Source: Candidatus Cloacimonadales bacterium | Lineage (GTDB): Bacteria; Cloacimonadota; Cloacimonadia; Cloacimonadales; JAFGVF01 | NCBI GenBank assembly: GCA_963667035.1 | Contig: OY762964.1 | Coordinates: 1,952,001-2,016,000 of the forward strand | Reading direction: 5' to 3' | Length of the DNA stretch: 64,000 nucleotides | Shown here: one piece after another, positions 43,057 to 53,293 of the stretch | How positions within the stretch are numbered: the stretch's first letter is position 1 | How the letters are laid out: each line of letters begins with the position of its first letter | The notes under the pieces: generated by a model | Databases searched by the model: none | What the model was told of the DNA's origin: nothing | The model's input: the letters and a program-made list of their open reading frames with translations, nothing else | Translations under genes and position numbers: made by a program

Positions 43057-44719
43057 CAGACTGTTGACAAAAACATTCTAATTTACATGGATATATTGTT
43101 GAAAGTCATTTTTCTTCATTTTAACTGAGCCCAAACCTAAACATGCGAGATTTAGCTCTATTTTCGTGTAAATTGGAGTTGAAAATCATGTAATTGATGA
43201 TAAATTTTGCTATTAATTTCCCTAATTTACCTTTGAAAAGGTATTTTACGAGTTTCTTGATATTTTGCACGATAGCTGTTAGATAAGCTTGTTCTCGAAC
43301 TCGCTCTATTCCTCGATATTTTGCATATCGGTAGCCATGAAGTTGCTTTGCATTGGCAAAGCTTCTCTCAATGGTTTCTTTTCTCCTCTTGTATATCTCT
43401 TTCCCACATAATGTTAACCTATTCTTGTGGATTATCTCTTTGCTCTCTTCCCAGACATGACGAGTGATTACTTTTTGAGAAGACTTACTTTCTGTACATT
43501 TACTTAGCATTGGACAATTCTTGCATTCACTAGGATTCGACTTGTATTCTTTATAGCCATCACGGCTCGTTGTTCTATAATTTAACTCTTTATTACATGG
43601 ACAAATGTAAACATCCTTCCGGGAATTATATGTAAATTTGTTCTTTTTAAATAGACCTTTCTTACCTCCCTGTCTTTTGTAGCCAAGGACTCCCATAATA
43701 TTCATATCTACCAGTTGCTTACAAATGTTAATTGTATCATATCCTGAATCAAGCCCTACTGCCTGAACATTAAAACCATAAACCTTTTGTTGGAACTGTA
43801 ACCTGTCAATATAGCAGGTGCTATCATTTACATTGCCGGGAGTAATGTGAACATCGGTTATATAGTTCGTTTTATGGTCGACTGTCCTATGATCTAAGTA
43901 GAAGAAGCCTTGAGGCTTTCTATCACGGGTCATAAAACCACTATCGGGATCTGTTGTGCTAGACTTGATATTTTTTACTTTAGGTGATGCTCCTCCTTTA
44001 AGATTGTTATCCTTAGGAGGTAAAGGTTTCTTACCATGAGCCTTCCGATCTTCATCAACGCTTGTGTTAAGATCTTCCAAGTAACTCTTGGAGGATACCT
44101 CAACTTCAATATCCTCGAATTTACCTTTATTAGCATTTGCCTTTAGATGGGTTGAGTCGCTATAAAGTATCTTCCCATCAACTAATCCATGTTTAATGCC
44201 TAACTTCACTATATCTATAAAAATCTCTTCGAATACGCTGCTATCATTAAATCGCCTTCTACGATTTTGACTGAAGACTGAGTGATGAGGTACTTTATCA
44301 GTTAGTCCAAAGCCTAAGAACCAACGATAAGCCACATTGACCTCAATCTCTTTGACCAATTGTCTTTCCGAGCGAATACCGAATAGATAGCCAATAAAAA
44401 GCATTTTGAAAAGAGTAATAGGATGAATTGGAGGACGACCGGTAGTAGAACAATACAAATGCGCTGTTCTATCTAAAATGAATGAAAAATCTATTACGCT
44501 ATCGATTTTCCTTAGTATGTGATCTACCGGTACTAAATCATCTATTATTACAAACTCCATTTGGGACTGTGTGTCAGAAACTTTTTTAAGCATAACCACC
44601 TCTAATTATGATGGTTTAAGTATAATCTAAGGGGGTTTTTGTCAATGATTGATATTCTTATTTTAAGCTAAAAAAAGACAAAGCTATGAAATCTTACTCA
44701 TAGCTTTGTCAACAGTCTG
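43057..44719 (-). mobile_element. IS1182-family insertion sequence (1663 bp) with 32-bp target-site duplication
   Basis: Perfect 15-bp inverted repeats CAGACTGTTGACAAA; GAAAGCCTATACTCGTACGAGTATAGGCTTTT duplicated at 43025-43056 and 44720-44751. Confidence 0.93.
43121..44599 (-). CDS. IS1182-family transposase
   Basis: LVPVDHILRKID, GRPPIHP, GIRSER, DSTHLKANA, STTDPDSG, YICPC, YKRRKETIERSFANAK. Confidence 0.92.
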   Translation of the reverse strand: MVMLKKVSDTQSQMEFVIIDDLVPVDHILRKIDSVIDFSFILDRTAHLYCSTTGRPPIHPITLFKMLFIGYLFGIRSERQLVKEIEVNVAYRWFLGFGLTDKVPHHSVFSQNRRRRFNDSSVFEEIFIDIVKLGIKHGLVDGKILYSDSTHLKANANKGKFEDIEVEVSSKSYLEDLNTSVDEDRKAHGKKPLPPKDNNLKGGASPKVKNIKSSTTDPDSGFMTRDRKPQGFFYLDHRTVDHKTNYITDVHITPGNVNDSTCYIDRLQFQQKVYGFNVQAVGLDSGYDTINICKQLVDMNIMGVLGYKRQGGKKGLFKKNKFTYNSRKDVYICPCNKELNYRTTSRDGYKEYKSNPSECKNCPMLSKCTESKSSQKVITRHVWEESKEIIHKNRLTLCGKEIYKRRKETIERSFANAKQLHGYRYAKYRGIERVREQAYLTAIVQNIKKLVKYLFKGKLGKLIAKFIINYMIFNSNLHENRAKSRMFRFGLS

Positions 44720-44773
44720 GAAAGCCTATACTCGTACGAGTATAGGCTTTTCTAGAATGAATTACATATTAAA

Positions 44774-45901
44774 CTAATGAGCCAAAATACCTAACATAAC
44801 ACCTGCGGCAACTGCTGAACCGATTACTCCGGCAACATTAGGAGCCATAGCATGCATTAACAAGTAGTTTGATTTATTATACTCTTGTCCGATTATCTGG
44901 GAAACACGAGCAGAATCAGGCACTGCTGATACACCCGCGTTACCGATAAGCGGATTAATCTTTTCTTTAAGGAACAAGTTCATGAATTTAGCAAAGAGGA
45001 CACCAAATGCTGTTGCAACACAGAAAGAGAAAGCACCTAATAAGAAGATCTTAATAGATGTTATATTCAGGAAATACTGAGCATTTGTTGAAGCACCAAC
45101 GGTAAATCCAAGAAGAATTACGACCATATCGTTCATTGATGTTCTTGCTGTATTGGCTAGACGTTCCGTAACGCCACACTCCTTAAGGAGATTACCAAAG
45201 AACAACATAGAAAGAAGAGCAATACCACCGGGAGCAATGAAAGTAGTGATAATCATACCCACGATTGGGAATATTATCTTCTCACGTTTAGAAACGATTC
45301 GAGGAGTTTTCATTTTGATAACTCTTTCTTTCTTAGTAGTAAGAAGTTTCATGATCGGCGGTTGGATTACTGGCACAAGAGCCATATATGAATACGCTGC
45401 AACAGCAATTGCACCAAGAAGATGCGGTGCTAGTTTTGAGGCTATATATATAGATGTAGGTCCATCAGCTCCACCTATAATACCTATTGAAGCAGCTTCC
45501 ATGAGATTGAATCCTAATAAAAGCGAACCTATAAAGGTTATGAATATACCGGCTTGAGCCGCTGCACCTAACAATATAAGCTTAGGATTAGCAATCAGAG
45601 TAGAGAAATCAGTCATCGCACCTATACCAAGGAATATTAGTGGTGGATAGTAGCCTCTACTAACACCCTGATAGAGGTAATACATAACTGATCCATGATC
45701 ATAAACACTCTGTCCTTGCAATGATATACCAGGAATGTTCCCTACTACTATACCAAAACCTATGGGAACAAGCAATAATGGCTCATAATGCTTAGCAATA
45801 CCAAGATAGATAAATACTAAACCTATGACAATCATTGAGAAATAGCCAAGATTAAGATTAGCAAAACCGGTAGTGTGAAAGAAATTCACCATTTCTTGCA
45901 T
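44774..45901 (-). CDS. oadB: Na+-translocating decarboxylase beta subunit (OadB/MmdB)
   Basis: EPLLLVPIGFG, LGAAAQ, IGIIGGADGPT, AAYSYMALVP, GVSAVP, NVAGVIGSA. Confidence 0.93.
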   Translation of the reverse strand: MQEMVNFFHTTGFANLNLGYFSMIVIGLVFIYLGIAKHYEPLLLVPIGFGIVVGNIPGISLQGQSVYDHGSVMYYLYQGVSRGYYPPLIFLGIGAMTDFSTLIANPKLILLGAAAQAGIFITFIGSLLLGFNLMEAASIGIIGGADGPTSIYIASKLAPHLLGAIAVAAYSYMALVPVIQPPIMKLLTTKKERVIKMKTPRIVSKREKIIFPIVGMIITTFIAPGGIALLSMLFFGNLLKECGVTERLANTARTSMNDMVVILLGFTVGASTNAQYFLNITSIKIFLLGAFSFCVATAFGVLFAKFMNLFLKEKINPLIGNAGVSAVPDSARVSQIIGQEYNKSNYLLMHAMAPNVAGVIGSAVAAGVMLGILAH

Positions 45902-45903
45902 GA

Positions 45904-46647
45904 TTAATCTCCTATTTCTATCATAACATCACCTTCTTGTACAGCATCACCTGTATTGAACCTGATGTTAGTAACAGTTCCGGCATACTCGGAAGAAATC
46001 TCAGATTCCATCTTCATTGCCTCTAAAATAATCACAGGATCTCCTGCGTTCACTCTATCACCGACTTTAACTTTTATACCAAGAATCGTACCGGGGATAG
46101 GAGCTGTAATACCTTTACCACCTGAACCGGCTTGAGGAGCAGGTGTTGGAGCAGCTACAGGTTGAGCAGGAGCAGAAGTTTGTTTCATTGGTTGAGGTTT
46201 AGGTTTCTGAACAGGGGTAGGATTATTTGCCGGAGTTATTGAAACCATTAACTGACCTTCTGTTACAGGAGATTTATCTTTTACTAAAACTTTAGCTACT
46301 TTACCTGAACAAGGTGCAGGGATCTCCGATTCCATTTTCATTGCTTCTAGGATAACAATCGGTTGCCCTTTCTTTACTTCATCTCCTTCCTTCACATTTA
46401 CCGATACAATAACACCAGGAATAGGAGAATGAACATTGCCGTCACTACTATTATTGTTTTCAAACTCAGGAGTTGAAGGAAGCTCTCTTGCTGATCTTTC
46501 AATTTTTGGAATTGAAGCTGAACCATCATTGAGGAATTCGACTGAAAACTTGTTTCCATTAACTTCGACTACAGCACCTGATTCGTGATAACTAACGATA
46601 TAGGCACTATATGTCTCCCCATTTATTTTTAGATTATATTTTTTCAT
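45904..46647 (-). CDS. Biotin carboxyl carrier protein with two biotinyl domains
   Basis: Two ILEAMKMESEI motifs separated by a Pro/Ala/Gln-rich linker. Confidence 0.92.
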   Translation of the reverse strand: MKKYNLKINGETYSAYIVSYHESGAVVEVNGNKFSVEFLNDGSASIPKIERSARELPSTPEFENNNSSDGNVHSPIPGVIVSVNVKEGDEVKKGQPIVILEAMKMESEIPAPCSGKVAKVLVKDKSPVTEGQLMVSITPANNPTPVQKPKPQPMKQTSAPAQPVAAPTPAPQAGSGGKGITAPIPGTILGIKVKVGDRVNAGDPVIILEAMKMESEISSEYAGTVTNIRFNTGDAVQEGDVMIEIGD

Positions 46648-47324
46648 TATTTGCGACCTCGTGTAGGTTGATTGTAATTGTAGTTGGGCATATCAGTTTT
46701 ATTATGTGCTCCCCAGAGAGTAATCGGAGTTCTTTGAAAAGTTAAGAGAATTTTACGTCTTTCATCAATTTCACTACGATATTTATGCAATGCTATTATA
46801 ACCGCAACTATTGAGTTTGAACTTATTGCCTCTGCTGAAGCAGTAACATTACCCACAGGCGTAGATACTGTTGCAGTTTTCGGCTTTCTCTCTTTTCCTA
46901 AGTGTTTAAAGAAACCAATAAGGATACTAATTACTAGCAAGCTTACAAACACAACAGATATACCAACAATGGTTATATTACCACCGAATTGGTAACGCTC
47001 ATTAAGAAACTGCTGGTATACTTCTTTAAATCTTTCAGGAGTAACTTTCAAATCTTGAAGCGATTTGTCATCCCACTCTCTTTTATAGTTCGCTATATTC
47101 TGATTATGAGCCGTATTGTAAGCTTCAAGTTCAGGTTCTAGCAATGATTTAATCTTTTTAACAGGAACATTAAGCTGGTCACAAAGCTCAACTAAAGTCT
47201 GATTTTCAGAAACTGTAAACTCTTGCTTTTCTCCGCAAAATTCTCCTATAACCTTCACAGGTTCTGCAATCAAAAATGAACTTATAACAAGCAACAAAAC
47301 TATGATAAGACTTTTGCTTTTCAT
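46647..47324 (-). CDS. OadG/MmdD-like membrane subunit with N-terminal extension
   Basis: TM helix ITIVGISVVFVSLLVISIL and IVAVIIAL motif; position between carboxyltransferase and biotin carrier. Confidence 0.7.
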   Translation of the reverse strand: MKSKSLIIVLLLVISSFLIAEPVKVIGEFCGEKQEFTVSENQTLVELCDQLNVPVKKIKSLLEPELEAYNTAHNQNIANYKREWDDKSLQDLKVTPERFKEVYQQFLNERYQFGGNITIVGISVVFVSLLVISILIGFFKHLGKERKPKTATVSTPVGNVTASAEAISSNSIVAVIIALHKYRSEIDERRKILLTFQRTPITLWGAHNKTDMPNYNYNQPTRGRK

Positions 47325-47332
47325 ATTGTCAC

Positions 47333-48883
47333 CTATAACGGGATATTTCCGTGTTTTCTAGCAGGGATTACATCTTTCTTGGTTGCTAGCATTTCTAATG
47401 CTCTAATCAATCTGAATCTGGTCCTAGATGGTTCAATAACATCATCAACATATCCACGCTCTGCAGCATTGTATGGATTTGCAAATTTATCACGATACTC
47501 GTTTTCTTTATCAAGAAGAACCTGCTTAGGATTTGGTGCATCCATTGCTTCTTTTCTGAAAATAACTTCAACAGCTCCTGCCGGTCCCATAACAGCAATC
47601 TCAGCAGAAGGCCATGCATAAACCATATCGGCTCTCATGTGACGACTATTCATAACACAGTAAGCTCCACCATAAGCCTTTCTAAGAATAACTGTAATTT
47701 TGGGTACTGTAGCTTCAGCAAAAGCATAAAGCAATTTAGCCCCATTACTTATAATTCCATTATGTTCCTGATTCTGACCGGGTAGGAATCCGGGAACATC
47801 TTCAAGTACAACTAACGGTACATTGAAAGAATCACAGAATCTAATGAATCTAGCAGCTTTGTTAGAAGCATTAATATCCAAAACACCGGCAAGGAACTTA
47901 GGTTGATTGGCAACAAATCCCACTGTATAGCCATTAAGTCTACCAAAGCCAACGACAATGTTCTGTGCATAATTTCTATGAATCTCAAGGAATTCATTAT
48001 CATCAACAATTGTATGAATTACATCTAATATATCGTAGGGTTTATTAGGATTATCCGGAATAATTGTATTTAACTCATCACAAGGTCTGCTTACCGGGTC
48101 AGATGTAGTAACAACAGGAGGAGATTCAAGATTATTAGATGGTATGTAACTAAGAAGTTTCTTTATTAAGAGAATTGTTTCTTCTTCATTATCGGTCACA
48201 AAGTGAGTAACACCACTCTTTGTAGCATGAACCATAGCTCCACCTAACGCATCAGGAGTAGTATCCTGGTTAAGCACAGTCTTAACAACTTTAGGTCCGG
48301 TTACAAACATATAGCTGTTCTTTTTGTTCATGATAATGAAATCTGTTATAGCAGGTGAGTAAACTGCCCCACCGGCACATGGTCCTAATATTGCAGAAAT
48401 CTGCGGAATAACACCGGAAGCCATAACATTACGATAGAATATTTCTGCATAACCGGCAAGAGCTTCAACACCTTCCTGTATTCTAGCTCCACCTGAATCA
48501 TTTAGCCCTATTACAGGAGCTCCGGCTTTCATAGCCATATCTTGAATTTTGCATATTTTCTCTGCATAAGTTTTGGATAAAGAGCCACCGAATACAGTGA
48601 AATCTTGAGCAAATAGAAAAACAAGTCTACCGTTGACCGTGCCACAACCTGTGACAACACCATCACCGGCTATACGATTTTTCTCCATACCGAAGTTATG
48701 ACAGTTATGTTTCACAAAAAGGTCAAATTCTTCGAAACTATCCTCATCAACTAAAAGGTCAATACGCTCACGAGCTGTAAGCTTTCCCTTTGCATGTTGA
48801 GCATCAATACGTTTCTGACCACCTCCGAGCATTGCTTTGTCTCTAAGACTTCGCAGTTCGGTAATCTTTTTCGGAACGTCCAT
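47333..48883 (-). CDS. mmdA: Acyl-CoA carboxyltransferase (methylmalonyl-CoA decarboxylase alpha / PccB family)
   Basis: [64 protein letters not shown]; operon with oadB. Confidence 0.88.
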   Translation of the reverse strand: MDVPKKITELRSLRDKAMLGGGQKRIDAQHAKGKLTARERIDLLVDEDSFEEFDLFVKHNCHNFGMEKNRIAGDGVVTGCGTVNGRLVFLFAQDFTVFGGSLSKTYAEKICKIQDMAMKAGAPVIGLNDSGGARIQEGVEALAGYAEIFYRNVMASGVIPQISAILGPCAGGAVYSPAITDFIIMNKKNSYMFVTGPKVVKTVLNQDTTPDALGGAMVHATKSGVTHFVTDNEEETILLIKKLLSYIPSNNLESPPVVTTSDPVSRPCDELNTIIPDNPNKPYDILDVIHTIVDDNEFLEIHRNYAQNIVVGFGRLNGYTVGFVANQPKFLAGVLDINASNKAARFIRFCDSFNVPLVVLEDVPGFLPGQNQEHNGIISNGAKLLYAFAEATVPKITVILRKAYGGAYCVMNSRHMRADMVYAWPSAEIAVMGPAGAVEVIFRKEAMDAPNPKQVLLDKENEYRDKFANPYNAAERGYVDDVIEPSRTRFRLIRALEMLATKKDVIPARKHGNIPL

Positions 48884-49095
48884 AAATCCTCCCGATACTA
48901 TTTTATTTATTCTTATATATAAACTTAAGTAGTGTTAATCCACAAAATTCTCATATAGCATTTAGTAAAGTTTTTTTCAAAAAATCGTAAACCCTTTAAA
49001 AACAGAGAGAAAAGGTAGGTTTACTCTTAACAGATTATTAGCTAAACTATTATTTTCATTTGCCGTCACACGCAGTAACGGTGATTAAATTGTGT

Positions 49096-49761
49096 TTATT
49101 TAGTGGCAATCCCCATCATATCCCTTAGTCTTTGTAAATCTATCCATGCACCTTTTTTCAAATGTACATTTCTTAAAAGAGCAGAAGGATGGTAGGTTGT
49201 TATTGTCTGGGCATTTTCAAAGGTGAAGGTTTTACCTCGAAGCCTACTTAAAGCTTCACCTGTATTCAGAATATTGTGTGCAGCAACTCTTCCGAGTAAA
49301 AGTATATATTCAGGTTGAATAATATGGATTTGTTCAAGCAGATAATATCGGCAAGCCTCAGCTTCATCAGGCTCCGGATTACGATTAGCGGGAGGTCGGC
49401 ACTTGACTATGTTGCAAATATAAACATCTTCTCTAGAAAGGCTTATTGCTTCGAGCATTTTGGTTAACAATTGACCAGCCGGGCCTACAAAAACTTTCCC
49501 GGTTCTATCTTCGACTTCTCCAGGTCCTTCTCCGATTAGAAGAAGTCTAGCATCGGGATTACCATCTCCGTAAACAAAGTTGGTTCTGCCTTTGTGAAGT
49601 TTGCATTTAGTACAATTGGCGTATTGTTTGCTTAATGTGTCCAGTCTCTCTTTCTTTTGTTCAGCTGAAAGACTAGGAGGTTTTATCTCTTCAGGCTTTC
49701 TCAGGTAGTCAATACCTGAGAGCCCGAGCATTTCCAAATATTGTTTAACTGCTTTCTTCAT
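49096..49761 (-). CDS. Uracil-DNA glycosylase family 4
   Basis: CTKCKL, IGEGPG, FVGPAG, NIVKCRPPANR, TYHPSALLR. Confidence 0.92.
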   Translation of the reverse strand: MKKAVKQYLEMLGLSGIDYLRKPEEIKPPSLSAEQKKERLDTLSKQYANCTKCKLHKGRTNFVYGDGNPDARLLLIGEGPGEVEDRTGKVFVGPAGQLLTKMLEAISLSREDVYICNIVKCRPPANRNPEPDEAEACRYYLLEQIHIIQPEYILLLGRVAAHNILNTGEALSRLRGKTFTFENAQTITTYHPSALLRNVHLKKGAWIDLQRLRDMMGIATK

Positions 49762-49784
49762 TAGATTACAGTCATAAAAATTTA

Positions 49785-50090
49785 TTACATATCTTCCATT
49801 ACAAATGGAAGTTCTTCAATATCATCATCCTCGTCAAGATCTTCATCCTGCATTGCAGCAAGACGTTTCTCTTCTTCGATTGCCATGTGCTGTTCAATCT
49901 CTTCCAGATAATCAGGAATCTCATTAACAGCAACATGCTCCATTGCCACTTCAGTAAGCTTGTTATCGAACTTACCTCTAACAAACTCAGGAAGATCGTT
50001 TAATCTCTGCACTTCTTTATTTGAAAGCAAGCAGAACAGATAATTCATATTATGATTTTCAAGAAACTTCTCGATTTTAGGGTTAATCAT
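49785..50090 (-). CDS. Small acidic protein; candidate divergent RNA polymerase omega subunit
   Basis: Overlaps the gmk stop; pattern MINPKIEKFL..NYLFCLLSNKEVQRL..KLTEVAMEHVAVNEI resembles RpoZ helices. Confidence 0.55.
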   Translation of the reverse strand: MINPKIEKFLENHNMNYLFCLLSNKEVQRLNDLPEFVRGKFDNKLTEVAMEHVAVNEIPDYLEEIEQHMAIEEEKRLAAMQDEDLDEDDDIEELPFVMEDM

Positions 50091-50718
50091 TTTCACCTCT
50101 GTAGAATTTTGTATCTATTTCAGAATATCTTTCTCTTTGTAACTCTTCCGCTGAAATAATGGTTTTAACATCTTCAACAGCTCGAGACAATTCATCATTT
50201 ATTATTACGTATTTATAGTCTTTGATATAACTCAATTCAACGTCCGCATTTGTCAACCTTTTCCTGATAACATCCTCTGAGTCTGTACCCCTTTGACGTA
50301 ATCTCCGTTCCAAAACAGACTTATCCGGAGGCAATATAAATATCTTAACAATATCGAGCTCACTATTTGTTATCTGGTCAGCACCTTGCACGTCAATATC
50401 CATGATAACATGTCTACCTTCATCTAATCTGCTTTGTATGTAACTCTTCGATGTTCCGTAGTAATTACCATGTACCAAAGCATATTCAAGGAAGTCCCCG
50501 GCTTCTATCATTTCCTTAAATCTATCTTCCGAAACAAAGAAATAATGAACACCATTCTTCTCTTCTCCCCTTGGGGCTCGAGTAGTGTAAGATATAGAAT
50601 AATCAATATTCCTACTATCTTTGAGAATCTCCCCAAGTATAGTAGACTTTCCACCACCTGAAGGTGCTGAAAGAATTATCAAAAATGGTTTAGTCGGACA
50701 GTAATCTTTTCTATTCAT
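50083..50718 (-). CDS. gmk: Guanylate kinase
   Basis: SAPSGGGKST, SISYTTRAPRGEE, YYGTS, DIDVQGA, RGTDS. Confidence 0.96.
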   Translation of the reverse strand: MNRKDYCPTKPFLIILSAPSGGGKSTILGEILKDSRNIDYSISYTTRAPRGEEKNGVHYFFVSEDRFKEMIEAGDFLEYALVHGNYYGTSKSYIQSRLDEGRHVIMDIDVQGADQITNSELDIVKIFILPPDKSVLERRLRQRGTDSEDVIRKRLTNADVELSYIKDYKYVIINDELSRAVEDVKTIISAEELQRERYSEIDTKFYRGEND

Positions 50719-50771
50719 AGTTATAAAATGAAGCCGTTACTAATGTAACGGCTTCTTTAAAATTAATTATT

Positions 50772-51152
50772 TTAGCCTTCAATTATTTTCTTATATGCAG
50801 AAGCACTTAAAAGCTGTTCTATTTCCTCTTTGTCACTAAGCTCGACTTTAATCATCCAGCCTTCTTCGTAAGGACTGCTATTTACTAATTCAGCATTGTC
50901 TTCAAGGTCTGAATTAACTTCGATAACTTCACCACTAACTGGTGAGTTTACATCTTCAACAGCTTTGGATGTTTCAACTGAGCCAAAAGGTTCATCAGCT
51001 GATACGCTGTCACCAACTTCAGGAAGTTCAACGTATACAATCTCACCCAGTTCCTGCTGAGCAAAATCTGTGATGCCTATATAAGCTACATCACCTTCAA
51101 CCTTGACCCATTCATGAGATTCTGTGTAATATAAATCATCTTTTACTGTCAT
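50772..51152 (-). CDS. gcvH: Glycine cleavage system H protein
   Basis: HEWV, GITDFAQQELG, VETSKA (lipoyl Lys), NSSPYEEGW; ATG 51152 with GGAGG upstream. Confidence 0.93.
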   Translation of the reverse strand: MTVKDDLYYTESHEWVKVEGDVAYIGITDFAQQELGEIVYVELPEVGDSVSADEPFGSVETSKAVEDVNSPVSGEVIEVNSDLEDNAELVNSSPYEEGWMIKVELSDKEEIEQLLSASAYKKIIEG

Positions 51153-51283
51153 ATTAACCTCCAAAGGAAATACTTATATCGCAAGTCTGAGGACCTGGTT
51201 TAGTTGTCAAGATAAATTAGTTTGAAAACACTCAGAATTCTAAACATTTCTTATCATTTTTTTTGAAATCGGTATTCTTAGAT

Positions 51284-52018
51284 TTATTGATAGTCAGGAT
51301 TAGTTTTTAAGTATTCGGCTATTAGCTGTGCGACTGATGTAATCGCCGCAGTTTCAGCTCTTAGCACCCTATTGCATAAACTGTAAGTTATTGTATTATT
51401 TTCTTTGAAGTATTGAAATTCTGAAGGACTAAATCCACCTTCCGGACCTATTATGATACAAACGGGTTCTTTAAAATTTTTAACAACCCCACTAATGTTT
51501 GGTTCTCCTTCCAATTCCGAAGCTATCATAGGTATAAACCCCACCTTTTTAGCTCTCTTAATTGTAGAGTTCAAGCTATCAACTTCATAGATGTTTGGCA
51601 AGAAGGGATTATCACATTGCTTGACAGCACTAATTGATGTTTCTATGAATTTGTTAATGGTATTCTTGGAAGGTTTTCTTACACTATTCTCTGAGACAAA
51701 GGGAAAAAGATGTTTCACTCCCAATTCGGTCAACTTCTCAACTAAAACATGGTCATTCTTGTTTCTCAGTAATGAAAAGGCTACTGCTATCTCAGGCTCG
51801 CTCTTTACCGACTCGTTTGATTCCAAAACTTCCAGCTTTACTTCGCCCTTTCTAATTTCAATAAGTTTAGCTTTGGCAATAACACCGTTCCCGGAGTTGA
51901 GTTTTACCTCGTCTCCGGGACGTTTTCTGAAAACGTTTATAATATGATTATATTCACTTCCCGTGACTACAATCGCTTCTGTTTCTAAGGTAAGTTCTGG
52001 TGTATAAAAGGAAGGCAT
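51284..52018 (-). CDS. rsmE: 16S rRNA m3U1498 methyltransferase
   Basis: EKLTELGV, IGPEGGFS, RVLRAETA. Confidence 0.93.
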   Translation of the reverse strand: MPSFYTPELTLETEAIVVTGSEYNHIINVFRKRPGDEVKLNSGNGVIAKAKLIEIRKGEVKLEVLESNESVKSEPEIAVAFSLLRNKNDHVLVEKLTELGVKHLFPFVSENSVRKPSKNTINKFIETSISAVKQCDNPFLPNIYEVDSLNSTIKRAKKVGFIPMIASELEGEPNISGVVKNFKEPVCIIIGPEGGFSPSEFQYFKENNTITYSLCNRVLRAETAAITSVAQLIAEYLKTNPDYQ

Positions 52019-53172
52019 CAGAAGAAATAGTTTTTCAGCTTTTCAACAAAGCTTTTTTTAGGTGAATACACTTTATCTTTATCGAGTTCCGCTAACTCTC
52101 TTATAAGTTCTTCTTCCTTTTTACTAAGCTTAGTAGGAGTGACGATATAAACAGTTACATACAAATCGCCAATATAGCTGGAATTGACTACAGGCATCCC
52201 CTGTCCTCGTAATCGGAACTGTTTTCCGGTCTGTGTTCCGGCAGGAACTTTCATTTTAATCTTTCCATTAATGATAGGGATATCAAGCTCGGTACCCAAA
52301 ACAGCTTGCGAGAAGCTAATAGGGAACTTCATATATAAATCCTTTCCATCTCTATCGAATGTATCATCTTCCTTTTCCCTAATCATCACAAGGATATCAC
52401 CTGCTGGAGCACCTTTAGTACCGGAATTACCTTGTCCTCTTAGTCTGATGTATTGTCCTTCTTCAACTCCTGCCGGTATCTTAATATTGATTTCTTTCAG
52501 ATGCGCAGCACGTCCGTCTCCATGACATTTCTTACACTTATTCTCAATTATCCGTCCTTCACCCCTACAAGCAGGGCATTCGGCAACTGTTTGTATGTTC
52601 CCGAATAATGAACGACGCATCTGACGAACTTGACCGCTTCCTCCGCATTGCGAGCATGTTGTCACCTTTCCGTCTGCAGAACCTGATCCGTTACATGTAG
52701 GACAAGTGTCCTTGATATTTATCTTAATCTTTTTCTCTACGCCTTTGGAAATTTCTTTAAGGTTCAGAGAAATCTCTATTTGAAGGTCTTCACCTCTATT
52801 ATTTCTTCCTTGAGACCTGGTTCTACCACCAAATCCACCGCCTCCGAAGAGAGAATCAAAAATGCTTCCCATATCTCCGAAAAGGTCACTAAAATCACCT
52901 GCGTGCGTAAAGTCACTCCAACTAAAGCCACCTTGACCGAATGCTCCTTCCAATCCTGCATGACCATACTGGTCATAGCGTTGTTTCTTTTCCGGATCAC
53001 TCAACACTTCATAGGCTTCAGAAGCCTCTTTGAATTTCTCTTCAGCCTCTTTATCGTCTTGATTCTTATCAGGATGATACTTCATCGCAAGTTTTCGATA
53101 AGCTTTTTTTATAGTACCGGCATCAGCATTTTTATCAATACCTAAAACTTCGTAGTAATCTCTTTTTGCCAT
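52018..53172 (-). CDS. dnaJ: Chaperone DnaJ
   Basis: J domain with HPD, G/F-rich region, four CxxCxGxG. Confidence 0.97.
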   Translation of the reverse strand: MAKRDYYEVLGIDKNADAGTIKKAYRKLAMKYHPDKNQDDKEAEEKFKEASEAYEVLSDPEKKQRYDQYGHAGLEGAFGQGGFSWSDFTHAGDFSDLFGDMGSIFDSLFGGGGFGGRTRSQGRNNRGEDLQIEISLNLKEISKGVEKKIKINIKDTCPTCNGSGSADGKVTTCSQCGGSGQVRQMRRSLFGNIQTVAECPACRGEGRIIENKCKKCHGDGRAAHLKEINIKIPAGVEEGQYIRLRGQGNSGTKGAPAGDILVMIREKEDDTFDRDGKDLYMKFPISFSQAVLGTELDIPIINGKIKMKVPAGTQTGKQFRLRGQGMPVVNSSYIGDLYVTVYIVTPTKLSKKEEELIRELAELDKDKVYSPKKSFVEKLKNYFF

Positions 53173-53293
53173 TTTGTCCTCTTATGCTTTTGGGTCTTAT
53201 TTTGAATAGGATAAATCACAATCCTATTTAAGATAAGACCATTTTTCAAAAGGATGGGAAACGGCACAAGCCGCTTCCCGTTTTTGTATAGTA

